Counted from the stretch's first letter, positions 35,692-49,489 are shown. The stretch: DNA of 53,090 nt from Octopus sinensis (GCF_006345805.1 NW_021833955.1:1-53090), one strand, 5' to 3'. Translations and numbers: made by a program. The notes: generated by a model from the letters alone, not told the origin.

Positions 35692-36704
35692 CTGAAATAG
35701 ATATTCTTAAATTTTACACTTTACAGAAAAATGTCTTTATCTTAATAAATAATCAAAATTTTGTTATTCTGTGACATTCCTGTCATTGATGGTCAACTGG
35801 TGACCAGTACGGCTTGGGTCAAAATTTTCATACTTTGTACAGTGATACCATGTAATAGCTCAATATTCAGGTCCACAACTAAATAGACTAATCTAATATA
35901 TCTCCCTATTAAGACATCTTACATAATCTAAGAATCACTCTATTAAGATATCTCCATAATCTAATAATTATCTTATTTAATTATCCCACGATAACACCGA
36001 TTATCTCTTAGTTTAATTTTTGCTTTCATCTATCGGAGCCCTATCAATGATTTGGCATTATCTTATCACCTGCAGATTTCTCTAATCAACATTCTTCTCC
36101 TCTTCTAATTCTGATGTCAATGAAGCTGGACTCCAAACATCTAACCACAAACGCATGTCACAATACATCAAGTAGGATTAATATACACATGCTCTCTTTT
36201 TAAAAGGTTGCTGCTGGTAATCTTTAATCTTAAATCCCCACATCACAATTCATCAGAATAGGATCTGATTCTGGAAACATTTGAAGATATTTCAATGTCA
36301 TTAATCCTCCTTAATAAGCAGCTATTTTCAGGTGAACAATGTTTGCTCCTAAGCAAGTGGAGCAGAAAGTGATATCAGGTATCGCAAACCACTGTATTCT
36401 TGCATAGAAACTCATTAACTACACACACAAACACACACACATATACACACATGCACACAATCACACACACACACACACACACATATATTTATGTGTGTGT
36501 GTATGTATATATGTATATGTATGTAGATGTGTATGTATATATACACATAGGTTTATACATACATGCATACATATATATTTATATTAGCGCGCCAGAACCA
36601 AGACATTTGAAATTTTATTCCCGATGTAATCAGTAAAACTAAGCACATGTCTGTCTTGACACAGAGAGCTGGGGTTAGTTTTTCAGTTTGCATCTCGATG
36701 ACCG

Positions 36705-36781
36705 AATGTACTGATGAAGTCACGGACATTTGAATTATGCAAGTAATTCTTTTGTTAAAGACCGAAACCGAGGTATGCATT
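36705..36781 (+). ncRNA. Minimal type I hammerhead-ribozyme-like motif
   Basis: AATGTA-CTGATGA-AGTC...GAATTAT-GCAA-GTAATTC...GACC-GAAAC-CGAG-GTA-TGCATT. Intact core boxes, GUA triplet, 6-bp stem I, stem II capped by a GNRA hairpin, A.C mismatch at the first stem II pair. Confidence 0.65.
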
Positions 36782-37040
36782 TAAGTCTGTTTTTTATTTA
36801 AATTTTCATATGTCCTGCCCGCCAAATCTGGTTCTGGTGTTCGCTGAATTCTTCCTCTAGAGAATTTCCCTTGTAGTTTGATCGTTGATGATCCTCTTCT
36901 AGCATTCGGCCGGCTACCTAGCAGGCCAGCCCTGCCAATATACACATATATTTGAATTTTCTCTGACTTCTCAGATTTTTGAATGCTGGATTACTGGTTT
37001 TAAATTGATATTAAAATTAATATTAATTTATCTCCCTCAA

Positions 37041-37087
<47 letters not shown>

Positions 37088-37090
<3 letters not shown>

Positions 37091-37105
37091 TATATATATA
37101 TATAT

Positions 37106-37182
<77 letters not shown>

Positions 37183-37238
37183 AAGATAGATAGATAGAAA
37201 GATAGATAGATCAATAGATTGATAGATAGATAGATAGA

Positions 37239-37317
<79 letters not shown>

Positions 37318-37330
37318 AGATAGATAGATT
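37088..37330. repeat. Compound (AT)n/(GATA)n/(GA)n microsatellite
   Basis: Direct reading of the sequence; the (AT)n portion begins near 37045. Confidence 0.95.
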
Positions 37331-37489
37331 TATGAAGGTACATTTACATATTACTGCAAAGGAATTATATCCGGAATAGTACTGACTCTCAAGAATATAT
37401 AAGCAAGACAGAGATAAAATCAAACTGGAAGCGCCAAATTTATTTTGCATTATGTTTTCATTTTAACTCCATCACAGTTTGTGCCTTGA

Positions 37490-38060
37490 TCCTATTTCCT
37501 CAAGACGTGTCTCTCAACAAGCTATCGTACCATTGTCTTCAAGCTTTTGGCATGATTTCTCCTGCTATTTGTAGCTTTACTTGTTTCTGCTGATCATTTA
37601 CAAACGATAGACAGCACTACTTATTCGATTTAAACCACATTTTTGCCCAAATAATGAGTTAATCCAGTCTAACCAGAATTATTTGCATATCCTTCTGATC
37701 TCTCCTTAGTATTATTAAGTAATCCATGAATGCCTTCTTGTTGTAATTCACTTGAGCCGTTTCTGCTGATATAAGTAACATCCTCATAACCATCTCAAAC
37801 CAAATGGCTCATATTGTCAACCTCCGGCTATTCAAATTCCTGTCTCAACACGATGCCAGTCTGTTGTAATATTTTCTGTGATGAACCGCATTGTGAAATC
37901 ATTATAGCAGCTCCTCATCAGATCATTAATCTCCTATTAATCGTTCATTGCTTCCATCAACCATTTCTATGGTATAGAACAATAAGCATTAGCCAGATCA
38001 GGCCATACAACTTTCAAATCAGTTATATTCTCCTTTCCTTCTTGCATTTTCTAACCTATT
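37490..38060 (-). mobile_element. Fossil reverse transcriptase of an R2-superfamily non-LTR element (HERO/NeSL-like)
   Basis: Reads DLKVVWPDLANAYCSIP*...YNDFTMRFITENITTDWHRVETGI...KAFMDY...RLD*LIIWAKMWFK, matching VVWLDLANAYGSVPH, AFMDD and WARMxFK motifs, with stops. Confidence 0.75.
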
Positions 38061-38366
38061 GTTTCTCTAGAAAATAATAAACGAGAAACTGTCCTTATTC
38101 AAGAATTTAATAATGTCTCTGACCTGATCACTCTACGTTCTGAGTTCAAATTTCCATGAGATCAAGTTTGTCTTTTATTTTTTCCGAGGGGTGGAGTTGA
38201 TAAAACTAAGTAACAGTCTATTTATATTGCTGTAATAAATCCTGGATATGAACGTAAATAAATTAGAAGACGAACATCACTTTGTTTCACCCAAATAAGT
38301 CAAGTACTGGGTTGATTTCTATTCCTAAAACACAACCTGAATATAGATAGAATTATGATAGAAAAC

Positions 38367-38804
38367 GGATCTTTTCAGTTTGAACGGCAGTTTTTACATA
38401 ATTTCTAGGTAACTAAAAAATTTTAAACTTCGTATACTGGTAGAATGTGTTCATAAAACATCTTTTTCTCTTGGCTTTATTGAGAAAATTCTATAGTTTG
38501 TAAGATATTTGTTGTTTTTTTCTTCAATTTCTGCAATTTCAACCAATCACTGACGTCTATTGAATTAAAAAGCATTCTGTGCCTTATGAATATGTCCCTC
38601 GTTTAAGAAACAGATTGGGTTTATTTACATTTTTGAAGAAAAAAGATACCCTTCCCCCACCCCTAACCCTAACCCTAACTAGCCCTAACTAACCCTAACC
38701 CTAAAACAGATTGAAATGCAATAGATCGATTCTAGGGTCATAATTATGGTGACAATTTCATATGACACCGCTAGAAAAAACTGCCGTTCAAACCGAAAAG
38801 AGCC
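38367..38804. mobile_element. MITE with ~27-bp TIRs carrying (CCCTAA)n
   Basis: TIR GGATCTTTTCAGTTTGAACGGCAGTTTT / AAAACTGCCGTTCAAACCGAAAAGAGCC. Internal telomere-like hexamers at ~38660-38703. Second copy at 48704-49122. Confidence 0.85.
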
Positions 38805-39559
38805 TACAAAACTTCTGTTTTTCTTTGGACCATCAAGTTTTAATAGATTCGTAGGGCCGCCATCTTTGACATATGGTGTGCTTTGGGCGTCTTAAACTTG
38901 GCTGAGCCCATCTCTCATAACGTATGAAAACAGCAAGTTTCCCTGAGAGAGAGAGAAAGACAGAGAGATTAAGAAAGAAGAATCGACCCCAGTATAAACT
39001 GATACATTATTTGTCGATTTCGTGAGATAGTTGAACTCACAACGCAGACTGTCGAAAAGAATACTAATAGTATTCGATCAAACGTCCAAATGATGCTACC
39101 AATTTGCGTTGCTTTATAGGGGGCCAAGAAGATGCTGATATTCTTTAAAATTTTAAACAGAGCCGCTCATATGGTCATTTGCTCATTTTGCCGGGTCATA
39201 GTGCTAGTGCATGCATATACAGCTGCGTGCGTGCGCACATACACGCGAGTACAGTCCAAATCTCCGACCAATCACAGCTAGCTGACATTCAATTGGCGTA
39301 TCAAGTTCCGGGCATTTTGATTGGGTTTTGGATAGAAAATTCACAAAAAAGTCACTTCTATTGATCTTTTAATGGCTTTGCAGGGTGACTGGAGAAATGT
39401 AAAGATGTGCATGACCACCCTTGGACGGTTTTCAATGACCATAGAAAGTGCGAGCCCTCTAAATGAAAAATCGTGGATTTGCATAAAGGACACACACACA
39501 GACAGACATTTTGCCATTTATACATATAATCACATTATATATATAATATATATATAATA

Positions 39560-39881
39560 GTGAAGGCGCATGGCTCAGTGGCTTGAGCGTCAAGCTTACG
39601 ATCGTGCGGTTGTGAGCTCGAATCCCGGACCGGGCTGTGTGTTGTGTTCTTGAGCAAGACACTTTATTTCACGTTGCTCCAGTTCAGTCAGCTGTAGAAA
39701 TGAGTTGCGACGTTACAGGTGCCAAGCTGCATCAGCCTTTGCTTTGGATAACATCAGTGGTGTGGAGAGGGGAGGCCGGTATGCATGGGCGACTGCTGGT
39801 CTTCTATAAAACAACATTGTCCAGACTTGTGCTTCGGGGGGTAACTTTCTACGTGCAATCTCATGACTGAAGGGAAGTCTC
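39560..39881 (+). mobile_element. tRNA-derived SINE, family A
   Basis: Homologous to 35023-35381. Possible TSD TATATATATAAT on both sides. Confidence 0.85.
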
Positions 39882-39914
39882 CTATATATATAATCTTTTA
39901 CTTCTGGGGCAGTG

Positions 39915-40137
39915 TCTTTAACAATTTCTTAGTTGAATGTATCGAACCCAGTACTTATTCTTTTAAATCCTGATACTTATTTTATCGGTTTCTTTGCCGA
40001 ACCGCTAAATTATTGGGACGTAAACACCAGCACCGAAATCTACTCACTAAGGCTTTGATCGACCCGAGGCTACAGTAGAAGACACTTGCCCAAGGTAACA
40101 CGCAATGGGATTGAACCAAAAATCATGTGGTTGAGAA
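39915..40137 (-). mobile_element. SINE family B, internally deleted fragment
   Basis: CCGAACCGCTAA..GGGACGTAAACACCAGCA joined to AATCTACTCACTAAGGCTTTG...GACACTTGCCCAAGG...GAACCAAAAATCATGTGGTTG. Confidence 0.65.
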
Positions 40138-40149
40138 GCACTGCTCCTA

Positions 40150-40150
40150 A

Positions 40151-40236
<86 letters not shown>

Positions 40237-40609
40237 TGTGAACTTTTATGCTTCTTTTTTCTTCTCTCTCTTCATCTCCTTATTTCTTTACTCCTGTCCT
40301 CTATGTCGTCATTTCATTAATCTATACGCTCCTCATTTTCCCTATTCGTCTCTCTGATGACGGAATATCCCATACTCTGTTAGACTCTGAATTTTTCCAC
40401 TAATAATATCATACATGACTTGAGATGCTTGCCTTGCCTTAACGTTTGTTGTCCTCTTTAACAATTATATATCCGCTGCATCGGAAATCTGCAATAGCGC
40501 CATAACTATCGTCTCGGCCTACAACCTTGGAGCCCTAGTAATCTGTTACGGCACTTACCTAGCGTACCTAATCGTTTAGATACCTGTGAACTAAACCCTC
40601 ATACTTTGT

Positions 40610-40657
<48 letters not shown>

Positions 40658-40682
40658 AAGAAGGACAGACAGACAGACAGAC

Positions 40683-40777
<95 letters not shown>

Positions 40778-40809
40778 AAGAAAGACAGACAGACAGACAG
40801 ACAGACAGA
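40150..40809. repeat. (GATA)n and (GACA)n/(GATA)n arrays
   Basis: (GATA)n at 40150-40235 and mixed GACA/GATA at 40610-40809. Confidence 0.9.
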
Positions 40810-41343
40810 TCTTAAGAAAACACGCCATAAAAAAAATGTCGTAAATAAAATCATGTCACAAAATGAAATCATAAAAATGTTAATAAAGAAATCATGAACA
40901 GAAATCTTAAAAACAAGTCTTAAAAACAAATATTCCGAACTAGTTAAAACTAGTCTTGAACGCCTTAAAAGTCAGTCGTAAAAGCATCTTTAAAAAAGCT
41001 AGTATATATACAGAAGTCTTAAAAAGTAAATATAAGAACATTATTTAAAAGAAAAAAAAAAACTCATAATGATTTCATACACTGGCACAACGCAAAAATT
41101 TTTCTTTTCGGGGCGGTAGGGAGCACGTGATTTTATTGACCCTTCTGTTTTAGCAATTAACATTCATCGACCTTGAAAGAATGAAAAGTAAGATCTACCA
41201 CTGCGCTGTTCGAACACTGGACGTAAAGTAATGTAACACTATACCACAAATTCTTTTGTCCGACGTTGTCAATCAACCACATATAAACGCCTGAAGAGAA
41301 TTTTTGAAATATCTGAAAAGCAACTTTGGATAACAGAGTGTAT

Positions 41344-41700
41344 AGGCACAGGCGTGATGGTTGTGTGGTAAGAAGCTTGCTTCACAACCATATGGTTCCG
41401 GGTTCAGACCCACTGCGTGGCACCTTGATTAAATGTCTTATATAGCCTTTGGCCGACTAATGCCTTGTAAGTGGATTTAGGAGACGGAAACTGAAAGAAG
41501 CCCGGTGTATGTGTGTGTGTGTGTGTCACTGGTGTGTTTACGTCCCCGTAACTTAGCGATTCGGCCAAAACCCCGATAGAATAAGTACCAGGCTTAACAA
41601 AAAAGTACTGCGGTCGATTCGTTCGACTGAAAAAGGACTATTCAAGGTGGTGCTCCGACATGGCCGCAGTCTATTGCCTGAAACAAGTTAAAGCTAAAAG
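41344..41700 (+). mobile_element. SINE family B, diverged
   Basis: AGGCACAGGCGTGATGGTTGTGTGGTAAGAAGCTTGC...GGTTCAGACCCACTGCGTGGCACC...CATGGCCGCAGTC...TGAAACAAG. Confidence 0.75.
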
Positions 41701-42809
41701 TTAAAAATATAAATCAAATTGTTAAAACAAGTCCAAAAACAAATCGAAAAAATAATTATATTAAAGCAAGTTTTTAAAAAGTACATAAGGCGGTGCCCCA
41801 GCATGGCCACAGCTCATTAGCTGAAACTGGAAAAATCAAAAATCAAAAAGGTAAAAGCTGGCCTTTAAAAAAATGCTTGAATCAAGTCTTAATGGACTGT
41901 CTTGAATTTTAAAAGTCATTCGCTTAATAAGTGGGGTATCTTCTCGCTTGCTCCACCTAGAAACACATTACACTGTACCGAAAAAGAAAACGAAACATTG
42001 ATTGTTGTCCATCATTTGTGAACACAGCATGGCCTAATGGTTCAGAAGATTGCTTCATAATCAGAAGGTTCTAGTTTCGACCCCACTGCTTGATATCTTA
42101 GTCAAGTATTTTCTATTGTTGCCTTAGATTGATTCGAGCCTTATGTATGAGTGTGAGAATGGGCGTAGCTGGAGAATATATTTTTATAATTCAAATTCAA
42201 TTGCTGACAAGGCAACAGTATTTCGTTTTGTTACCTTAATACACAACTAGTTATAGTATAGATTTATTAAGTCAAAACTGTGTATTAACAGTGCTTTAAT
42301 TTCATTTTAAGTTTATCTCTATAGATTTTTTTATAGAATTCAATGCCAGCACTGTTTGTTATGGCTTTCGTAAATAAATACATCTGTGTAAACAATGCAA
42401 TCGAAGATAGAAAAAGAGGTATAGGTGTATATGAATATCTCGAAGATTATTGTCCTCTCGTCAGCACCTCATTCAACCTATCACTATCCACGAACACATT
42501 GTTGAAATACCTTCTAGTTTTAGGAGTGTAATATCACTGGATAGACCAATTAGCATATTAAACACATCCCTGGTAACTGGACGAGGTACCGATGAGAGGA
42601 CAATGCTCGAAATACCGATTATCTGTCTTCGATCGCATTATTTACTTAGATGTATTTGTTTACGAAACGTGTAACTTACAGTGCTGACACTGAATTTTAT
42701 AGAAAATCTTTAGAGACAACCCAGTAATCCAATCGTACAGCTTTACCTGCCACAGGCACCACCCAAAGTCTACTTCAGGATTACGTTAAAAGTTTTCATG
42801 TCATTCTCT

Positions 42810-43018
42810 CTCTTTTATCTCTTATTTGTTTCAGTCATTTGACTGCAGCCATGCTGGAGCACCGCCTTTAATCGAGCAACTCGACCCCGGGACTTATTCT
42901 TTTGTAAGCCCAGTACTTATTTTATCGGTCCCTTTTGCCGAACTGCTAAGTAACGGGGACATAAACACACCAGCATCGGTTGTCAAGCGATGTTGGGGGG
43001 ACAAACACAGACACACAA

Positions 43019-43063
<45 letters not shown>

Positions 43064-43182
43064 CGGCGGGCTTCTTTCAGTTTCCGTCTACCAAATCCAC
43101 TCACAAGGTTTTGGTTTTCAGTGGGACTGAACCCAGAACCATGTGGTTGGTAAACAAGCTACTTACCACACAGCCACTCCTG
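42810..43182 (-). mobile_element. SINE family B with internal deletion
   Basis: Homologous to 8202-8565; lacks the GGCTATAG(C/T)AGAAGACACTTGCCCAAG segment. Confidence 0.8.
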
Positions 43183-43378
43183 TCAGTGGAATATTCATTC
43201 ACTTACACTCTATTTAACGAGCTGAATATTCTGTTGATCGAGCCACAGAATCCTCATTGTCAAAACCAATAGGGATCCAATTACAATTCCTCATCGTTGG
43301 AGTTCCATTTACAATTCTTCTCAAACGATGGTCAGACTGCGTTTAGGTTAAACAACAATGACAACACCAACGGCAAGT

Positions 43379-43772
43379 GGAGGCGCAATGGCCCGATGGT
43401 TAGGGCAGCGGACTCGCTGTCGAAGGACCGCGGTTTCGATTCCCAGACCGGGCGTTGTGTGTGTTTATTGAGCGAAAACACCTAAAGCTCCACGAGGCTC
43501 CGGCAGGGGGTGGTGGCGACCCCTGTTGTACTCTTTCGCTCCAAATTTCTCTCTCACTCTTTCTTCCTGTTTCTTGTCCCCGACTTCCTGCGCAACCGCT
43601 GAGCCTGGATGCGCATTCATCCATCCGTCGATGCTCTCGGTGTCGGGGGTTGACCTGCTTTCTCTTCTGCGGGTCTTACGAATAGCAAAGTACCACGTTT
43701 CGGACTTCTCCCACTATAGACAATCCTGAGACGCGATCTTGCGAGCTCTATGACGAAGACCGCTTCGCTCAA
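43379..43772 (+). mobile_element. GC-rich tRNA-derived SINE, family D, with (CAG/CAA)n tail
   Basis: GGAGGCGCAATGGCCCGATGGTTAGGGCAGCGGACTC...GGTTTCGATTCCCAG head (A/B-box-like), CpG-rich body, followed by a CAG/CAA repeat to ~43823. Confidence 0.65.
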
Positions 43773-44241
43773 CAGCAACAGCAACATCAGCAGGAACAGC
43801 AACAGCAACAGCAACAACAACGGCAATTGTAATTTGAGGTAGGCATCTATGTGGTCATTCGACTACCTAGAAATACCAACCACATTTCATTCAGATCACA
43901 CCCTGCTCATTAAAGGGGGACGGAATGGTCTCACTTCAACGCCTTTCATTCGATAAAGAGATGACTTGGGGCTAAACACCATCAGCAACAACAGCAGCAG
44001 CAGTATCTCTGTATTGTATTTACTTGCACTCCTTTTTTGCCATAGTGATACTACCTGCCTATTGACGATGCGTATCCATTACAAACCCTTGCTGCGATAA
44101 CAGTGTGCCTGTTAATGACACACATTGCTGGGTGTAACGTTAACAATAGCAACTACATGGCCTTACTACTCCCAGTGTTTTCACTAAATGTTGTTACCTG
44201 ATATCTACGATCCCACCTCCGTCACACTAGTAAATTTAGGT

Positions 44242-44612
44242 TACTCTTTTACTCTTTTACTTGTTTCAGTCATTTGACTGCGGCCATGCTGGAGCACCAC
44301 CTTTTTAGTACTTATTCTATCGGTCTCTTTTGCCGAACCGCTAAGTGACGGGGACCTAAACACACCAGCATCGGTTGTCAAGCAATGCTAGGGAGACAAA
44401 CACAGACACACAAACACACACACATATACACATATATATACATATATACGACAGGCTTCTTTCAGTTTCCATCTACCAAATCCACTCACAAGGCATTGGT
44501 CGGCCCGGGGCTATAGCAGAAGACACTTGCCCAAGATGCCACGCAGTGGGACTGAACCCGCAACCGTGTGGTTGGTTAGCAAGCTACTTACCACACAGCC
44601 ACTCCTGCGCCT
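44242..44612 (-). mobile_element. SINE family B
   Basis: Near-identical to 8202-8565, including the shared short variant CACCTTTTTAGTACTTATTC. Confidence 0.85.
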
Positions 44613-44710
44613 GTATTTTACGTAGGATGTGTGCGGTGCCTAGTGGTGTTATTTTAAGGAAATTACAAGGCTATAGGATAAGAAGAAAATCTTAACTTAG
44701 TTCAAAAGCT

Positions 44711-45108
44711 ATAATAAAGAAAAAAAAATGCTTTCTAATCGATGTATCGATAGCAACAGATGACAACGTTTCTCTAAAAGGAACGGAGAAACTTTCAAAA
44801 TACAATTATCTGGAATTAGAGGTAACTCGAATGCGGAGTCTAAAAACAAAAAAAAAACAATTCCTATCATAGTAGGTGCATTAGGTATAATAAAAGAAAA
44901 TATTCAGACAAATACATAACAAAAACACCAGGACTAACAAGTATATATAACATACAGAAAATAACACCACTAGGCACCGCACACATCCTACGTAAAACAC
45001 TTTCAATACAGTGAAGATAAGAACACCGTAATAAACCACAACACATATCCAATGAACATAGAGCTGCGCTCGGTAATACAGTGAAAGCACGTGATAAAAA
45101 TAAGCCTA

Positions 45109-45112
<4 letters not shown>
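44711..45112 (+). mobile_element. R4/Dong-type non-LTR 3' fragment, diverged
   Basis: Aligns to 46290-46677 (TGCTTTCTAAT..GATGTATC...ATCATAGTAGGTGCATTAGG...CTACTGAATAATAAT) and ends at a (TAA)n run. Confidence 0.85.
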
Positions 45113-45180
<68 letters not shown>

Positions 45181-45183
<3 letters not shown>

Positions 45184-46673
45184 TAGTTAAGAGTAACAAC
45201 ATCACACTAGATAAAACCAATGAAATAAAAGAATTAGACCAAAGCCAAACTTACAAATACTTAGGAATCCATGAACTAGATAAGACACAACACACACAAA
45301 TGAAAGAGAAAATAAAAAAAGAATATTATAGACGAGTTAGATCAATACTAAAAACAAGATAATAGGTATCAACACTTTAGCTGTCCCAGTTATAAGTTAC
45401 AGCTACAATATCCTTAACTGGACACTAAATGAACTGACCAAAATAGATAGGAAAACAAGAAAAATAATGACAGGATCTAGGATGCATCACCCAAAATCTG
45501 ACATAGAAAGACTATATATACAACGTATAGAAGGTGGTAGAGGCCTTATACAGCTGGAAAACTACTATAAAATAACCACCATAGGACTGCAAAAATATCT
45601 ACTTCAGAAGGAAGGAAAACTGATCCAGATAGCAGCAAAACACGAGCAAAACAAAAAACTGTTCTCAATATTTAAGGAAGCTGACAAACAAGAAATCATA
45701 CCACCTAATAAACACGAAGAAGAAGAAGAAGAAGATGAAGAAACAACAAAAGCTATAAAACAAATGAAATCCAAACTAAAAATAGAACAGCAACGAAACA
45801 TGATAAAACGATGGCAAGAAAAGCCCCTTCATGGTAAATACTGGACTAAACTAAAGGCAAAAGAAATAGACAAAGAAAAATCCCAGCAATGGTTGAGAAG
45901 CTCAGGACTCAAAGCAGAAACAGAGGGATTTTTAATTGCAGCACAAGACCAAAGCCTCCCCACCAGAAATTACCAAAAACATGTAATGAAAAGAAATATT
46001 ACAAGTAAATGCAGAATATGTGGAGATGGACAAGAAACAATAAATCATATTATCTCTAGCTGCCCAGTCCTGGCTAAGAAGGAATATATTCACAGACACG
46101 ACAGAGTTGGAACCTACATACATTGGAAGCTATGCCAACATTATGGAATAACAACAGAAAAAAGATGGTATAGGCACACACTAGAAAAGGTCACAGAAAA
46201 CGAGAAAGCAACCATACTCTGGGATATGCCGATACACACAGATAGAGAAATTAAGGCCAACAGACCAGATATAGTTGTCAGAGATCATGAAGAAAAAAAA
46301 TGCTTTCTAATTGATGTATCAATACCGGCAGATGACAACGTGTCTCTAAAAGAAATGGAGAAACCCTCAAAATACAAAGACCTGGAAATAGAGGTAACTA
46401 GAATGTGGAATCTGAAAACAGAAACAATTCCTATCATAGTAGGTGCATTAGGCATGATAAAAAAATATTCAGACAAATACATAACAAAAACACCAGGACT
46501 TACAAACACATATAACATACAGAAAATTGCACTACTAGGCACTGCACACATCCTACGCAGAACACTTTCCATACAATAACCATCAGAGCATCACAACAAA
46601 TCACAGCACATACCCAAGGCACACAGAGCTGTGCTCGGTAGTGAAGTGAAAGCACGCTATAAAAATAAAACTA

Positions 46674-46677
<4 letters not shown>
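45181..46677 (+). mobile_element. 5'-truncated R4/Dong-clade non-LTR retrotransposon (RT end, CCHC knuckle, restriction-like endonuclease)
   Basis: YKYLG and thumb at 45181-45466 (one small deletion/frameshift near 45357), then ORF 45467-46579 with LYxxRxxGGRGL, CRICGDGQETINHIISSC and RPDIVVRD..CFLIDVSIP..KEMEK.SKY. (TAA)n on both sides. Confidence 0.9.
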
Positions 46678-46719
<42 letters not shown>

Positions 46720-46774
46720 TAATAATAATAATATAATAATAATAATGATAATAATAATAATAATGATAATAATA

Positions 46775-47385
<611 letters not shown>

Positions 47386-47412
47386 TAATAATAATAATAA
47401 CAATAACAATAA

Positions 47413-47496
<84 letters not shown>

Positions 47497-48703
47497 TTGG
47501 CTCAAGACGATGTATGAACACAAATGTTTTGTTTATAGTGGTCAAATGCTCGTGCCGCATATCAGCTCTTCTTTCCATCAAATCGACGTTGTCTGAACAT
47601 GCGCAGTGTGCCACGCGTCAGGTGTTGAAGTGATCGCAGGTCGATACGAGATGAATTATTTTGCTCCAGAAAACAACACATTATTACCCGGACTAGGAAT
47701 TGAAATCACGATCTAGCGATGTTTGGTGCAACACCCCGAACTTAGAAGAAGAAGAAGAAGAAGAAGAAGAAAATTGAATGATGAACTGCGATATATAATA
47801 AAACACATTGACTGTCTATTGAAGTGAGCAATATTTCGACAGAACGCCTGTCTTTTTCAGATTCAAAATAGAACGAAGAATACTTAAAAATGCCTTTCAA
47901 AATTTCGACTATTCTGCATTACATCACACATAAAAAAATCATCAAAATATTTAGGATCCTACACTAAATGTCTTAATTCAATTGGGAAATATTCGTAACC
48001 CTGTCTTCTTCGCTCAATTGTCTCCTCCCTCTTTGACTATTTGCTCAATTGTAGCAGTAGAGAGATATTTTTCTAATATTTCTCAATTCAGTCGAAAGTT
48101 AAGAAACAAATATTCACAAAACAGTGTACATTTTCATTCAGGGTCTCTTTTATTTGGACCTGTATATTTTTGCATTAAACAGTGAAAGAAATAACTTAAA
48201 ATCCTTCGTTTTCTTTAATATTCGAGAATTAAACTTTTTCATGCTCTCATTATCTTTCCCGTAGTTATTTTCGCTATTGGAATTTGATACATCCTGGTCA
48301 AGGTTCACCACATGGCATGTTTTTTTACATTTTTGTTTACTGCAACCTACTATCCTACAAATTAAGAATCGCAGACAACTAAAAATGAAGGTAATGCCGA
48401 TTATGAAAATGGTGAAATGTTTTCCGTTTCCTTGAAGAGTTAAAAAATCTATTATGTTACGTCAAACTTTTTGTTAACTAATACTAAAACACATTTTAAT
48501 AACGCTTTAATTTTGTCATTATTTTTCACGAATTTGATTTTATAGCGAAGCCGCCGTTCATTTCAAATATTTTTTTCAAGTTTGACTCGGTCTTTAAGTC
48601 ACTCTTTTATGTCACCCTGTTGTATTACTTCATCATGTTCTTTATTATGATACTCGAGGGACACTTAAATTTGTGAAAGTGATTCGCACCATTGTACAAT
48701 TAG

Positions 48704-49122
48704 GGATCTTTTCGGTTGGAACGGCAGTTTTTACATAATTTCTAGGTAACTAAAAAATTTTAAACTTCGTATACTGGTAGAATGTGTTTATAAAACATCT
48801 TTTTCTCTTCGTTTTATTGAGAAAATTCTATAGTTTGTAAGATATTTGTTGTTGTTTTTCTTCAATTTCTGCAATTTCAACCAATCACTGACGTCTATTG
48901 AGTTAAAAAGCATTCTGTGCCGTATGAATATGTCCCTCGTTTAAGAAACAGATTGGGTTTATTTACATTTTTGAAGAAAAAAGATGCCCTTCCCCCACCC
49001 CTAACCCTAACCCTAACCCTAAAAGAGATTGAAATGCAATAGATCGATTCTAGGGTCATAATTATGGGTGACAATTTCATATGACACCGCTAGAAAAACT
49101 GCCGTTCAAACCGAAGAGATCC
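48704..49122. mobile_element. MITE with (CCCTAA)n, second copy
   Basis: Near-identical to 38367-38804. TIR GGATCTTTTCGGTTGGAACGGCAGTTTT / AAAACTGCCGTTCAAACCGAAGAGATCC. CCCTAA x3-4 at ~49000-49022. Confidence 0.85.
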
Positions 49123-49407
49123 AAAATTAGTGTTCTAAATCGTGAAATAAGGAGTTGATAATTGTTTTACTAACTATAATATTTTAATATGTTTTTCAAC
49201 CGAATATAAACGTTGTGCTTACAAAAATAGAAAGCAAAAATACAACGATTTATTTTCAAAAAGCTGGCCACTAATTTAAGTTTTGTGCGGGTAGCAGCAG
49301 ATATCCCGCTAGTATTTATTATTCTATCTATCGGTTAATATCTATCCATATATGCAGGTGTTTGTATGTATATACATGAATGCGAATCTGTACGCATACA
49401 CACACAA

Positions 49408-49489
<82 letters not shown>

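Noticed and set aside
38660-38703. True telomere or chromosome fusion site
   Set aside because: Only a few hexamers, and they lie inside a two-copy MITE.
42343-42674. Two short plus-strand ORFs in unique-looking sequence
   Set aside because: No motif recognised in any frame; the lengths are within chance expectation.
45604-46572. Minus-strand ORFs overlapping the Dong element (and 44867-45220)
   Set aside because: Antisense shadows of the retrotransposon ORF and of (TAA)n.
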